DNA from: Alphaproteobacteria bacterium
GTDB taxonomy: Bacteria > Pseudomonadota > Alphaproteobacteria > UBA828
Assembly: GCA_965214705.1 (NCBI GenBank)
Contig: CBDCCI010000002.1
Coordinates: forward strand, 1,376,001-1,440,000
Length of the DNA stretch: 64,000 nt
Direction of reading: 5' to 3'
Below the pieces are notes generated by a model. The model did not search any database. It saw nothing but the letters and a program-made list of their open reading frames with translations, and was not told where the DNA came from. The position numbers were made by a program, and so were the translations under genes. Positions 10,426 through 19,699 of this stretch are shown in pieces (within the stretch, counting starts at the first letter, position 1; the number at the start of each line of letters is the position of its first letter).

Positions 10426-10465
10426 GAGTACTCCTGAGTACGCCTGACTACTCTGGAGTACGCCG
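10426..10465. repeat. Four tandem imperfect 10-bp repeats
   Basis: GAGTACTCCT GAGTACGCCT GACTACTCTG GAGTACGCCG. Confidence 0.7.
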
Positions 10466-10559
10466 AGAATTTATTTTCGTCGGTGCTGATTCTCCAGCGG
10501 TCGCGACGGCGATCATCCTCCGACTCGACGGCGACGACGCGCTCGTCCTTGGCGATGCG

Positions 10560-10805
10560 GCCGTCGAGACCGCGCAGGTCGTGGATCGACCACCGCCCAT
10601 CGTTGGCGCCGCGCGGCTTGTCCCCAGCATCCGGGCTTGTCCCACGCCGGCGCTTGAGTGGCGCGGCAAAGCCGGAGTCGCCGTGCACCTTCGTTCCCAC
10701 GCGCCGGACCGAGGGGTCGGAGCGCTTCGGATTGGCCAGGATCAAGTCACGGATGGCGTGATCGAGAGTGTCCATGCGGGTGAACATAGGCGGAACATTC
10801 GCCAT
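10560..10805 (-). pseudogene. Possible degenerate Cro-like regulator divergent from the CI-like gene
   Basis: Based on position and weak resemblance (MDTLDHAIRDLI...VHGDSGF). The reading frame is unclear. Confidence 0.3.
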
Positions 10806-10863
10806 TGACAATAGGGTTGTTTAGGAAATAGCCTGCATTCCCGCATACGCGCAAGGAGATGAC

Positions 10864-11544
10864 ATGAGCCCCGATCCACCGCGAGACAGCCTGCGCCAGG
10901 CGCTATGGAAGAACGGAATGTCCCTCGCCGAGGCCTCCCTCGCCATCGGCCGCAACAAGGCCTACCTTCACCAGTACTTCTCCCGCCTCATGCCCCGGGT
11001 GCTCTCGCACCAGGACAGCGAGGCGCTGGGAAAGCTCCTCGGCTCGGACCCCGCCGCGTTCCGCCACGAAGAGCTGCCGGCGCCCAAGCCCTGGAAAGGC
11101 AAGCGGCGCAAGACCTCCGCCGCCGGACCCGCGCTCGCCACCGTCATGGAGGTCGAGGTCGAGGCCTCTGCCGGGCCCGGCACCTTCGCCGAGGAGTTCG
11201 TTCAGGAGAGGGCACGCTGGCGCCTGCCGGAGGTCATGGTCCGCCACGAGGGCCACGCCGACCCCGATGCGCTCCGCATTCTCCGCGTACGCGGCAACTC
11301 GATGGAGCCCGAGTTGCGCGACGGCGACCGCGTCGTTGTCGACACCGCTAGGCGCATCCCCGTCACGGGCGAGTTGTTCGTGCTCTGGGACGGCACCGGC
11401 CTCGTCGTCAAGCGCGTCGCCGGCCTCTCCGCAGACGGCATGCTCAGCCTGCTCTCCGCCAATCCCGACTATCCGGCCTACGAGTGCCGCGCCGAAGAGG
11501 CCCACATCGTCGGAAAGGTGGTCTGGAAGTTCACACGGGCATGA
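10864..11544 (+). CDS. CI/LexA-like repressor with S24 peptidase domain
   Basis: N-terminal HTH (SLAEASLAIGRNKAYLHQY), VRGNSMEP catalytic Ser, VVKR Lys, SANPDYP, IVGKVVW, and an AGGAG RBS. Confidence 0.9.
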   Translation: MSPDPPRDSLRQALWKNGMSLAEASLAIGRNKAYLHQYFSRLMPRVLSHQDSEALGKLLGSDPAAFRHEELPAPKPWKGKRRKTSAAGPALATVMEVEVEASAGPGTFAEEFVQERARWRLPEVMVRHEGHADPDALRILRVRGNSMEPELRDGDRVVVDTARRIPVTGELFVLWDGTGLVVKRVAGLSADGMLSLLSANPDYPAYECRAEEAHIVGKVVWKFTRA

Positions 11545-11740
11545 GGTGTTGGCGTCCAACCCTGCCCCCTGAGTCCCGCCAGACTGGACGCTTACCGTGC
11601 CGATCGGCAGCCAATCCGCAGGCTGTGCCCAACACCGCGAGCCGGATTATCGCGGACCCCGCCGGAACCTCCGCGCCTTGTCGCGACGGCTCCTCGGAGG
11701 AAATCTGCAACGGCTTGACCTCGATGGACGATGTCCGCCC

Positions 11741-12163
11741 TCATTCTGCCGACCAGGGATCGAAGATCTCCGCGCCCGTGGTCCGGAAATCGGCCACGTT
11801 CCCGGTGACCACCGTCATCCCGTGAACTATGGCCGTCGCCGCGATCAACGCGTCCCGTTCGGCCTGCGGATCGGGCACATGCAACTGTGCGCATTTGAGG
11901 GCCACGGCGGCATCGACGGGCAATGTGCGCTCCAGGAACTCGGGCAGGACGTGCCGATCCATCCATGTGCGCAGACGCTCACCTTGTCCGGTGTCCCGCC
12001 GCTCAACGCGAAGGATGCCGATCTCCAGTTCCATGAGCGTGAGCGCCGAGATGTAGAAGCTCGCCGCGTCCTGGCCGGAGACCCACGACGCAACGCGGGC
12101 ATTCGCCCTGCCGTCTCCGAGCTTGCGCAACTCGGAGATCACGTTCGTGTCCAACAGGAACAT
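11741..12163 (-). CDS. vapC: VapC PIN-domain toxin
   Basis: LLDTNVISE and DALIAATAIVHGMTVVTGNVADF. Confidence 0.92.
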   Translation of the reverse strand: MFLLDTNVISELRKLGDGRANARVASWVSGQDAASFYISALTLMELEIGILRVERRDTGQGERLRTWMDRHVLPEFLERTLPVDAAVALKCAQLHVPDPQAERDALIAATAIVHGMTVVTGNVADFRTTGAEIFDPWSAE

Positions 12164-12417
12164 CAGGAAAGATCGGGCGCAGCAGCTTCGATACGCGCGC
12201 GCGGCGGCTCGAAGTCGATATCGGCCAGACCCGGCATCGACAGTGCCTCCACGAGACTGCGGCCCTGGCCTGCCAGCCGCCTGTAATCCTCGATGCTGAG
12301 AAGAACGTGGGCAAGCTTTCCGCGGTCGGTGATGAACACCGGTCCTGACTTCGCCGCCTTCTTTGCGCGCGCGACGTCTTGATTGAGTTCGCGGCTGGTC
12401 ACGGTGGTGATGGTCAT
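12163..12417 (-). CDS. Phd/YefM-family antitoxin
   Basis: VTSRELNQDVARAKKAAKSGPVFITDRGK, overlapping the vapC start. Confidence 0.88.
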   Translation of the reverse strand: MTITTVTSRELNQDVARAKKAAKSGPVFITDRGKLAHVLLSIEDYRRLAGQGRSLVEALSMPGLADIDFEPPRARIEAAAPDLS

Positions 12418-12503
12418 GCCGGGCTCCATTGCCTATGTAGTCATGTAACTACTACAACGCTCGGCAGGCAAGCCGGAAGCCAGCACAAAATCGTTGCCAA
12501 CGA

Positions 12504-12914
12504 TCAGCGTGCTTTCCCTTTCGGCTTGCCGAGCACCTGTTCCACCTGCGCGCGCGAGATCCGGAGCTGGCGGGCGATGGCCGCGGGTTTGACCCCGGCC
12601 TCGAACGCTGCCCGGACGAGCCTCGCCTGACCCGCCGCGAGCGGCAGCGGCCGCCGCTTCGCCTTGCCGCCGGCGGCCGGTGCCGGCTTCTCCGATCCTG
12701 CAGCCTGCGGAGGGGCGAGTTCTCCGCCGAGCGGGCACCTCCGCCGCCGCGCTTCCTTGACGACCGCCCGCAGCAGCTCGTCAAGCTGAGCGTCATCGAG
12801 GTGGCGCAACGAGCCCGGCAGATCGGACGGCAGGGAATACCGCGTCCGCCCGGCGGTGCGCGCGCTGCCCGACCCGCGCCATTCCCGCCCATCCGGCGAG
12901 TCCGGATCCCACAC
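12504..12914 (-). CDS. Small protein with C-terminal HTH
   Basis: VRAAFEAGVKPAAIARQLRISRAQVEQVL looks like an HTH. Start uncertain. Confidence 0.55.
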   Translation of the reverse strand: MWDPDSPDGREWRGSGSARTAGRTRYSLPSDLPGSLRHLDDAQLDELLRAVVKEARRRRCPLGGELAPPQAAGSEKPAPAAGGKAKRRPLPLAAGQARLVRAAFEAGVKPAAIARQLRISRAQVEQVLGKPKGKAR

Positions 12915-12935
12915 GCCGAGCGCGAACCTGCCGCG

Positions 12936-13826
12936 TTAGCGGCCATCGATCCCGGGCCTGCGGTGAGCCTCATGCCCCGCTGCTTCCGAAGCCGGGCCGT
13001 CCGCCTCCAGGCGGCGAACCAGCCTCTGCGCCCTCGCGCTATCCATCTCGCGAAGCGCGTCGAGGACGGTCCCCGCGAGCGCAGGATGATTATCGGCACA
13101 CCGGCCGAGATGAACGATTGCGTCCTCATCCCCGATCATCGTCAGCGCCTCGATCACCTTTTCCGACGGCTCGCATGCGAGTTCCGCCACGAGCGGGGCC
13201 ACGGCAGCGGCGTCCCCGGCGATACCCAGGGCGATCGCCGCCAGACGCCGCACCGGGGCCGATGAATCGCTCAGCCCCTCGCGAAGCAGCTCAACCGGCA
13301 CCCCGGCCCTCGGCGCCAGTGCATACGAGGCAGCCCGCACTGCCTCGTCCTCGTGGGCAAGAAGTGGAGCGACGAATCCCGCGGGCAGGGACAGCGCCGC
13401 CTCCGCCGCCGCTAGCATGGCCGCCGGCATGAGCGATGCAGGCAGGCCCTTCGACAGCACGATCCCCCTCAGGACCGAGCAGGCCCGCGCGTCCTCAAGC
13501 CGCGCGAGCGTGTCCAGAACTGCGCGCTGCTCCACCAGCGGGATGCGCAATCCGAACCCGGCGAAACGCCGCCACAGGCTCTCCAGCGCAGGCACTGCCG
13601 CCGCCAGCCTGCGCGACGCCACCTCGGAACACAGCGCCTCTGCGTTCGACATCGTCGCCTGCGGCAGCAGCCCGATCAGCGCCGCGTCAGAAAGCCTGGA
13701 GGCGTCAGGAGGCGCCTCCGGGGCGGCCGCCGCGGTGACGCCGCCTGCGTCTGTCAGGCCACGATCGTCGAACAGGTCGGGCTGGCTCTCAGCCGTCGCC
13801 CGACCGGCAGCTCCCCGCCCGGACAT
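12936..13826 (-). CDS. HEAT-repeat protein
   Basis: Repeats LLAHEDEAVRAAS, GLSDSSAPVRRLAAIALG and ALTMIGDEDAIVHL, with a GGAGG RBS. Confidence 0.75.
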   Translation of the reverse strand: MSGRGAAGRATAESQPDLFDDRGLTDAGGVTAAAAPEAPPDASRLSDAALIGLLPQATMSNAEALCSEVASRRLAAAVPALESLWRRFAGFGLRIPLVEQRAVLDTLARLEDARACSVLRGIVLSKGLPASLMPAAMLAAAEAALSLPAGFVAPLLAHEDEAVRAASYALAPRAGVPVELLREGLSDSSAPVRRLAAIALGIAGDAAAVAPLVAELACEPSEKVIEALTMIGDEDAIVHLGRCADNHPALAGTVLDALREMDSARAQRLVRRLEADGPASEAAGHEAHRRPGIDGR

Positions 13827-14008
13827 CCCTCCACCTTATCAATGTTCGGAAGTGCCGGCATCCCGCCGGCCGCATCCCTCGCCTTCGCCGCCCGCCGTGC
13901 CTGCGCGCCGCCGGGAGGTAGAGCCTGGCCGGGACGGGGGCGCGGCGGGGTCGGGCTCGCGGAGAGAGGCCTCCCGCCGCTTCCACCAACCAGCCCGCGG
14001 GAGGCGGC

Positions 14009-14329
14009 ATCATGCGGACATCAGGCGGCATCCAAGGGAGCGCCCGGACCTTTCTCACCCACTTCTTCGGTCGCGGTCTCGACGACGCGCGCTACGTCGT
14101 CGAGAGGTACAAGTCGGATTACCAGGGCCAGATCCGGCCCTGGCGCCCGGCCAGGGGATCGAAGGGTGCGCGCAAGGAGGCGCGGAAGGTGATGAGCCTG
14201 CGCGCCGTTCAGCGGCTGCGGCCCGAGCGCGACGAGATCATCGTGGCCACCGGGGTCGAGCTCGCCGGCGGCGTGCAAATGTATGGAGACCTCGCGACCG
14301 GGCTCTTCGCCAGCGGCAGGCATCGGTAG
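14009..14329 (+). CDS. Hypothetical protein
   Basis: GGAGG RBS and protein-like composition. Confidence 0.5.
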   Translation: MMRTSGGIQGSARTFLTHFFGRGLDDARYVVERYKSDYQGQIRPWRPARGSKGARKEARKVMSLRAVQRLRPERDEIIVATGVELAGGVQMYGDLATGLFASGRHR

Positions 14330-14415
14330 GGCCGGCCGGGCCGGGGCGTCCCCAACGGGGCGCCCCGGCCGCCGCCCTCCGTCCGACCCGACCCTTGCAG
14401 CGAGGCTCGCCGATC

Positions 14416-15231
14416 ATGTCCTATGCAGACCCCGACCGGGGCCGCGCGCTCGATCGCGAACGCCACCGCCGGCGCGCCGCCGAGCGGATCGCGCGCGGCC
14501 TGTGCCCCAGATGCGGCGTCCGCCCGATGGCGCCCGAACGCCGGCTATGCGCCGAGTGCGGCGAGAAGAAACGCAGGGCCGAGCGCGCCCGCTATGCCGC
14601 GGGCAAGGCGGCCGCGAAACTTTACGGCGGCCGCTGCGTGGAGACCCGCCGCCGCGACGCCCGCGTCCGGGGCAAGGATCGCCATCGCGCCCGGCGCGAG
14701 GCGGGAATCTGCACGACGTGCGGCCGCCAGCCCGCCGCCGAGGGTGCTGCGGTGTGCGCAGGTTGCGGCGAGGCGAGACGCGTCCGCGAGCGGGAGATTT
14801 ACGAAGAGCGCCGCGCCGCCGGCTGCTGCGTGCGCTGCCGCGGCACGGCGCCGGCGGGCGCTTCGCGCTGCCGCCGTTGCGCGGCCAGGGAGGCCGCGCG
14901 GACGCCGCGAGAGAGAAAGAACGCCGGGGACCGAAAGCGGTACGCGCGCCGCCGCGCCAGGAACCTATGTGAAAAGTGCGGCACCTGGTCGGGTGCCGCC
15001 TCGGCTTGCGAGGCGTGCGCCCGCCGGTCCCGGATGCGCTCTTCCGAGCATCGCGGGCTGCCCGTGACGGCGACCCGGTACACCGTCATCGAGATCGGCA
15101 CCAGCCGCGATCACGGGACCTACGACAATCCTGCCGAGGTGGCGGCGTGCCTGGCGTTCGCCAGGCTCGGTCCCGAGGACGTCGAAATCGTCACCGACGC
15201 CTCCCCCATGGCCGTGCTGACGTCGTGGTAG
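14416..15231 (+). CDS. Arg-rich protein with four CxxC...CxxC zinc-ribbon-like repeats
   Basis: CPRC..CAEC, CTTC..CAGC, CVRC..CRRC and CEKC..CEAC, each preceded by a basic helix, followed by a small acidic C-terminal domain. Confidence 0.7.
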   Translation: MSYADPDRGRALDRERHRRRAAERIARGLCPRCGVRPMAPERRLCAECGEKKRRAERARYAAGKAAAKLYGGRCVETRRRDARVRGKDRHRARREAGICTTCGRQPAAEGAAVCAGCGEARRVREREIYEERRAAGCCVRCRGTAPAGASRCRRCAAREAARTPRERKNAGDRKRYARRRARNLCEKCGTWSGAASACEACARRSRMRSSEHRGLPVTATRYTVIEIGTSRDHGTYDNPAEVAACLAFARLGPEDVEIVTDASPMAVLTSW

Positions 15232-15452
15232 GCGCAGGCCTCGCACCCTGGCGGCGGGCCATCGGCGAGAGCGCTCCCGATCATGGGCTGCCCCGACAAG
15301 AGGTGCGCGCGGGCGATCGCGGCCGGCGCCAACAAGCACGCGGGAGCCGGTCAAGACAGGGAAAACCGGCTCCCGCGCATCCGCAGGGTCCGCACCACCG
15401 CGGAGCTGACAGCAGCAGGAGGCGTCCGGAACCCGACGGATATTCCGTCCCT

Positions 15453-15740
15453 CTACGGCTTCGCCGCCTCGACAATGATGCGACCGCGCCCGCGCCTGAT
15501 CAGGTAGCCGCCGCGCGGGATCGCCAGCGTGCCCTGCTGAACGAGCGGCCACAGCGTGTCGACGATCGTCGCCGCGTTGCCGTCGGACCTGGCTCCCGTC
15601 GCAGGCTGTGACGCCAGCCACTCCGCGAAAGCGCGCTCAGCGATCCCGTCGCCGACCGACTTGCGCAGCGCGCGAAGCTTGCGCAGCTGGCCCTTCGTCA
15701 ATGCGCTCTCGTCGATCCCAGCCGATGATGTTCCATCCAT
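15453..15740 (-). CDS. Hypothetical protein
   Basis: 95-aa ORF with protein-like composition, downstream of the IHF gene. Confidence 0.6.
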   Translation of the reverse strand: MDGTSSAGIDESALTKGQLRKLRALRKSVGDGIAERAFAEWLASQPATGARSDGNAATIVDTLWPLVQQGTLAIPRGGYLIRRGRGRIIVEAAKP

Positions 15741-15787
15741 TGTCCCGATTCCGTCAGCCGACTCGAAGCTCCTGACAATTACACAGC

Positions 15788-16117
15788 TTAGCCCCTGGTG
15801 GCCACCTGCGCGCCGTCCGCCGCGCCGGCCATCGCCGCCGTCACGTGCTTCTTCAGTTTCTCAGACGCCCGGAAGGTCACCACCCGCCGGGCCGCGATCG
15901 GCGCCTCCTCCCCGGTCCTGGGATTGCGTCCGGTGCGCTCGCTCTTGTCGCGCACCGAGAAGCTGCCGAAGCCGGAGATCCCGACAGGCTCCCCCGCCGC
16001 CAGCCGCTCGCTGATCGCTTCGACCAGCGTGTCCACCAGCTCGGCCGCGTCGCGCTTGCGCAGTCCGGCCTCCTCGCACACCGCCGCCGCCAGATCGGCT
16101 CCGGTCACCGTCGCCAT
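15788..16117 (-). CDS. ihfA: Integration host factor alpha / HU-family DNA-bending protein
   Basis: ISGFGSFSVRDKSERTGRNPRTGEEAPIAARRVVTFRASEKLK. Confidence 0.85.
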   Translation of the reverse strand: MATVTGADLAAAVCEEAGLRKRDAAELVDTLVEAISERLAAGEPVGISGFGSFSVRDKSERTGRNPRTGEEAPIAARRVVTFRASEKLKKHVTAAMAGAADGAQVATRG

Positions 16118-16521
16118 GGCTGATCCGTCCCTCAGATTCCGCGCACCATAGCCGGGCCGGGCGGCCGGTCAATTCGGGGTGACGGGGCTGCTGCTGGGGG
16201 GGAACCGGGATCGGTTGCCGAGACCGCGCCCCACCCCGTGTTCATGTGCAGCGCTTCGCGCCGCAAAGGTGCAATCCTTGCCACCCGTTCTTCCGATCCC
16301 GGTGCCGCGCCTTCCGCATCCGGCGGCTGCCGGCCTTCGCGGCATCCTGCGCGGGCGTCCGTGCGGTCCGCGAGTTCCGCGCCTGCCCCGTTCCCGTCGA
16401 GGCAGGCGGCACAGGAGAGCTAGAGGAGGGCCTTGAGAAGAGTGAGCAGGGAAGGGGTCGAGAGAGATCCCTCTCCCGCTCGTCACCCATCGTCAGCAAC
16501 CTGGATATGAGGAGACGAACA

Positions 16522-16980
16522 ATGGCTTTCGGTCTCAACTCCGCGCAGCTCATCGGGCGCCTCGGCGCAGATGTCACGATCGGCAACCTCGCGTCCGGCG
16601 GGCGCGTCGCCAACATGTCGGTGGCGACCGACGAAAGTTTCATCGACCGGAACGGTACCGGCGACAGAATCGACAGGACAGAATGGCACCGGGTCGTGAC
16701 CTTCCAGGGCGGCCTGGTGGACATGCTGGAGAAGCACGCGAAGAAGGGCCGTTTGGTCTATGTCGCAGGCAAGCTGCAGACCCGGAAGTGGCGCAAGGAC
16801 GGCGAGGATAGCGACCGTTATTCGACCGAGATCATCCTCGTTCCGGGCTCGCGGATCCAGTTCCTCGAGCGGCCTGCCGCCGCGAACGGCGATGCCGCTC
16901 CGGCCTCCAACAACGAGGCCATGGCGCCGGCTGCGGCCGCTTCCGATGCCTCCGAAGCTGGCTCGGCGATTCCTTTCTAG
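16522..16980 (+). CDS. ssb: Single-stranded DNA-binding protein
   Basis: LNSAQLIGRLGAD, RTEWHRVV, KGRLVYVAGKLQTRKW, C-terminal IPF and a GAGGAG RBS. Confidence 0.92.
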   Translation: MAFGLNSAQLIGRLGADVTIGNLASGGRVANMSVATDESFIDRNGTGDRIDRTEWHRVVTFQGGLVDMLEKHAKKGRLVYVAGKLQTRKWRKDGEDSDRYSTEIILVPGSRIQFLERPAAANGDAAPASNNEAMAPAAAASDASEAGSAIPF

Positions 16981-17003
16981 ACGGGTCACTCCCTCCCGTC
17001 AGC

Positions 17004-17050
17004 AGGCCGGTCCCGCCCTTCACCAGGGTCTCGGGATCGGCCCTTCTTTC
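17004..17050 (+). terminator. Putative intrinsic terminator after ssb
   Basis: GGCCGGTCCCG...CGGGATCGGCC stem followed by CTTCTTTC. Confidence 0.45.
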
Positions 17051-17123
17051 ATCATCAACCGGGACGCGGCGCAGCCCTCTGACGGGCGCAGCCGCGTTCC
17101 CGCTGCCTCCCCGGAGACACGTC

Positions 17124-17429
17124 ATGCCGAGCTGCGACTTCAGCATCCATGACATCAAGTTCCGCCGGCGCCTCGACGACGAGTGCGACATCGTCGTCTT
17201 CGGCGAGACGGTCGGAACCGTCGCCCGGCGTCCCGATATCGCGAACTCCGCCGGCGGCCGGTACTACGTCGTACATCTTCGGGACGATCACCGCGGTCCC
17301 CGCACGGTCGACGACCGCGACGCGATCAAGCCGGCCATCGCCCGCATGCTGGTCGACCGCGATCTCGTCCCCTGGACGCCGCCGCCGGTTCACCCGGCAT
17401 TCGCCGCGAACGCGCAGCATCCCGCCTGA
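17124..17429 (+). CDS. Hypothetical protein
   Basis: GGAG RBS, 101 aa, followed by a GC hairpin and T-rich tract. Confidence 0.65.
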   Translation: MPSCDFSIHDIKFRRRLDDECDIVVFGETVGTVARRPDIANSAGGRYYVVHLRDDHRGPRTVDDRDAIKPAIARMLVDRDLVPWTPPPVHPAFAANAQHPA

Positions 17430-17465
17430 TCCTCAGCTTCTTCCTCCTCCCTCCGTTGCACCTTA

Positions 17466-17515
17466 GGGGGCAGCCACCGCCGACCTTCGGCGGCTGGCCG
17501 CCCCCCTCTTTCTTT
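17466..17515 (+). terminator. Putative intrinsic terminator
   Basis: GGGGGCAGCCACCGCCGA-CCT-TCGGCGGCTGGCCGCCCCC followed by TCTTTCTTT. Confidence 0.5.
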
Positions 17516-18070
17516 GCAGCCAAGCCAGAGCCCGCTTCACGCCGGAATTGGCCCCCGCCCAGAGGCTGTCAACAAGAACAGAAACAGAGGAGCCGTGCGT
17601 GGGGAGAGGGAGGTCGTACCCCGTCGTGATGCGTCATTGTGCCACGCGTCCTCGGCCCGGCAACCCTGGCGGGTTCTCCGGTCGCTGCGCTCCCTCCGAC
17701 CTTCTCCAAGAGTTCCTAGGACCGGCCGTGAAGATGCCCGACCGTGAAGTCGACTTGCCCGAACTCCCCAAGACCTCGTCCGTGGCGCACCGGCCCCTCA
17801 AGCGCGGGGCCGGCGCGTCGGCCCGGCGCTAGCAGTTCTTGAGAAGGCCTACTCGAAACGCGGCCAATCACCAAGGCAGCGCGCCGGACCTCCCAGGTCC
17901 GCAGAACGTCGACTTCCGCACCAAATCGGGCATCTTCCGCACCAAATCCGGTCCAAGAAACTCTAGGAGAAGGTGCCGGTCCTGCGGGCGCGTGTCCCAA
18001 CAACGCATCACGACGGGGCGCACCCGCAGGGTGGACACCGCCTCGGAGGATGAACGAAAGGGAGGTCGAC

Positions 18071-18988
18071 ATGATCGACACGCGCCAGGACACAGCTTCA
18101 CAGACCGCCGCCATCTGCGAGAACGTCGCACTCTACGGCGCAGCGCCCGAGAGGGGCGAGCTCGACAGCCGCGAGGTCTGGGACGAAGACGACGCCACCG
18201 AGGCGCTGAGCGAGGCCATCCGCATCATGGTGGACGGCATCACCGTGGAGGGGACGCAGATGGCCGACGAGCGCGAGGCCCTGCTCTGGAGCATCGTCAA
18301 CTGCCTCCATTCGCAGGTGGGCCGCCTCGACAGGGCGGTAGACCGCATCGCCCCGGAGATGAAGGACCTGGAGACCGCCCAAGACGGGAGCGAGGTGAAG
18401 GCCTGGGAGCTGCAGCTCCTCACCGACCGGGCGCGCAACCTCGGAGACCGGCGCGACGCCTTCGAGACCCTGCGCGATAGCGCCGCAGACGCCTACCGCG
18501 CCGAGACCGGCGATACCTGGCGGCCGAGACACGGCTCGCATACCTCGAAGGCGGCAGCGCTCACGTCGGCCGCCATCGACGCGCGCGACTACCGGCGCGC
18601 CCGCAAGGAGCGCGAGACCAGCGCGCACCTGCCCGACGGCACCCTGGTGGCGGTCACCGGCGGCAAGGAGGTCGCAGACCCCGCCGCCGTCTGGAGCGTC
18701 CTCGACCGGACGCATGCGAAGCACGGCGACATGGTGCTCGTCCATGGCGGCGCCCCCGGCGTCGAGACGGTGGCGGCGAAGTGGGCCGAGGCCCGCAGCG
18801 TGCACCAGGTAATCGTGCGCCCGGACTGGAAGGCGCACGGGAAGGCTGCACCCTTCAGGCGCAACGACGCGCTGCTCGACCTGCTGCCCAGGGGCGTCAT
18901 CGCCTTTCCCGGCAGCGGCGTCACCGGCAATCTCGTGGACAAAGCCCGGCAGATGGGAATCCCCGTGATGCAACTCAGCGCCGCCTGA
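18071..18988 (+). CDS. DUF2493 (YspA/SLOG-like) protein of plasmid/IME leading regions
   Basis: LVAVTGG, LVHGGAPG, PDWKAHGKAAPFRRND and IAFPGSGVTGNLVDKA, with a GGAGG RBS. Confidence 0.85.
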   Translation: MIDTRQDTASQTAAICENVALYGAAPERGELDSREVWDEDDATEALSEAIRIMVDGITVEGTQMADEREALLWSIVNCLHSQVGRLDRAVDRIAPEMKDLETAQDGSEVKAWELQLLTDRARNLGDRRDAFETLRDSAADAYRAETGDTWRPRHGSHTSKAAALTSAAIDARDYRRARKERETSAHLPDGTLVAVTGGKEVADPAAVWSVLDRTHAKHGDMVLVHGGAPGVETVAAKWAEARSVHQVIVRPDWKAHGKAAPFRRNDALLDLLPRGVIAFPGSGVTGNLVDKARQMGIPVMQLSAA

Positions 18989-19367
18989 TGCGGCGCTTTC
19001 CCATTCGCCACCGGCCGGTCCTTCGCTTCGGCGAGGGATCGGCTTCTCTTTTTCGCCGCGCCCGGTGTCGCGCAGCGCGTCCCGGCGCTAACGCGCCGTC
19101 GCCGCTCGCGCTCTGTATGGGCAGCACCCGCCTCGATCTTCCACCACGGCCGCCTCGCGACCGCCTCGCCGCATACGCGGCTCCGCCGACCGCTCGCTTG
19201 CTCCCTCTGCATTGAAGCGCCTCACGTCGACCCACGGATCGCCGTGCTTCGCACGACGCATCGCCGATCCGGGCTCGGTCCGTCTCGGGCTCGACGCTCC
19301 GCGTCTTTGCCATGAGCCTTCGTCTTGCAGCCAGCTCGGCGCTTGCGCGCCTTCGACCGGTTCCGGC

Positions 19368-19673
19368 TCAGAAGGCATCCCCCTCCGAATCCTTGCCGCC
19401 GATCTTCGCCGCCACTGAAGCAGCCTTGCGCCCAGGAAGCTCCCCCTTGTCGAGGAAGACCTTAAGGCTTCGTTCGCCCAGCTCGATACCTCGCGCCGTG
19501 AGCACTTCGTGCATCTGCGCCACGGTCACGCCCTTGGACCGTTGCTCAAGCATACGCTCTCGCAACCGGTCTAGGACGTCCTTCAATGTCAGCTTAGGCG
19601 GCGCCAGCTTCGCCAGGTCCGTATCGATGGCATCGAAGTCGATATCCGATTCGTTGAAGCGCCTCACGACCAT
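19368..19673 (-). CDS. Small protein divergent from the relaxase, candidate relaxosome accessory factor
   Basis: GAGGAGG RBS, HTH-like segment GVTVAQMHEVLTARGI, and position beside the putative oriT. Confidence 0.6.
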   Translation of the reverse strand: MVVRRFNESDIDFDAIDTDLAKLAPPKLTLKDVLDRLRERMLEQRSKGVTVAQMHEVLTARGIELGERSLKVFLDKGELPGRKAASVAAKIGGKDSEGDAF

Positions 19674-19699
19674 GCGATCCCTCCTCGTCTTCCCGCAAA

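Noticed and set aside
12860-12914. WDPDSPDGREWRGSG resembling the H-NS DNA-binding motif
   Set aside because: It is too short, lacks the GRxP core and oligomerisation domain, and the ORF start is uncertain.
13417-14415. N-terminal 330 aa of the 604-aa ORF 13417-15231
   Set aside because: It overlaps the HEAT gene antisense and another ORF and is low complexity. The credible protein starts at 14416.
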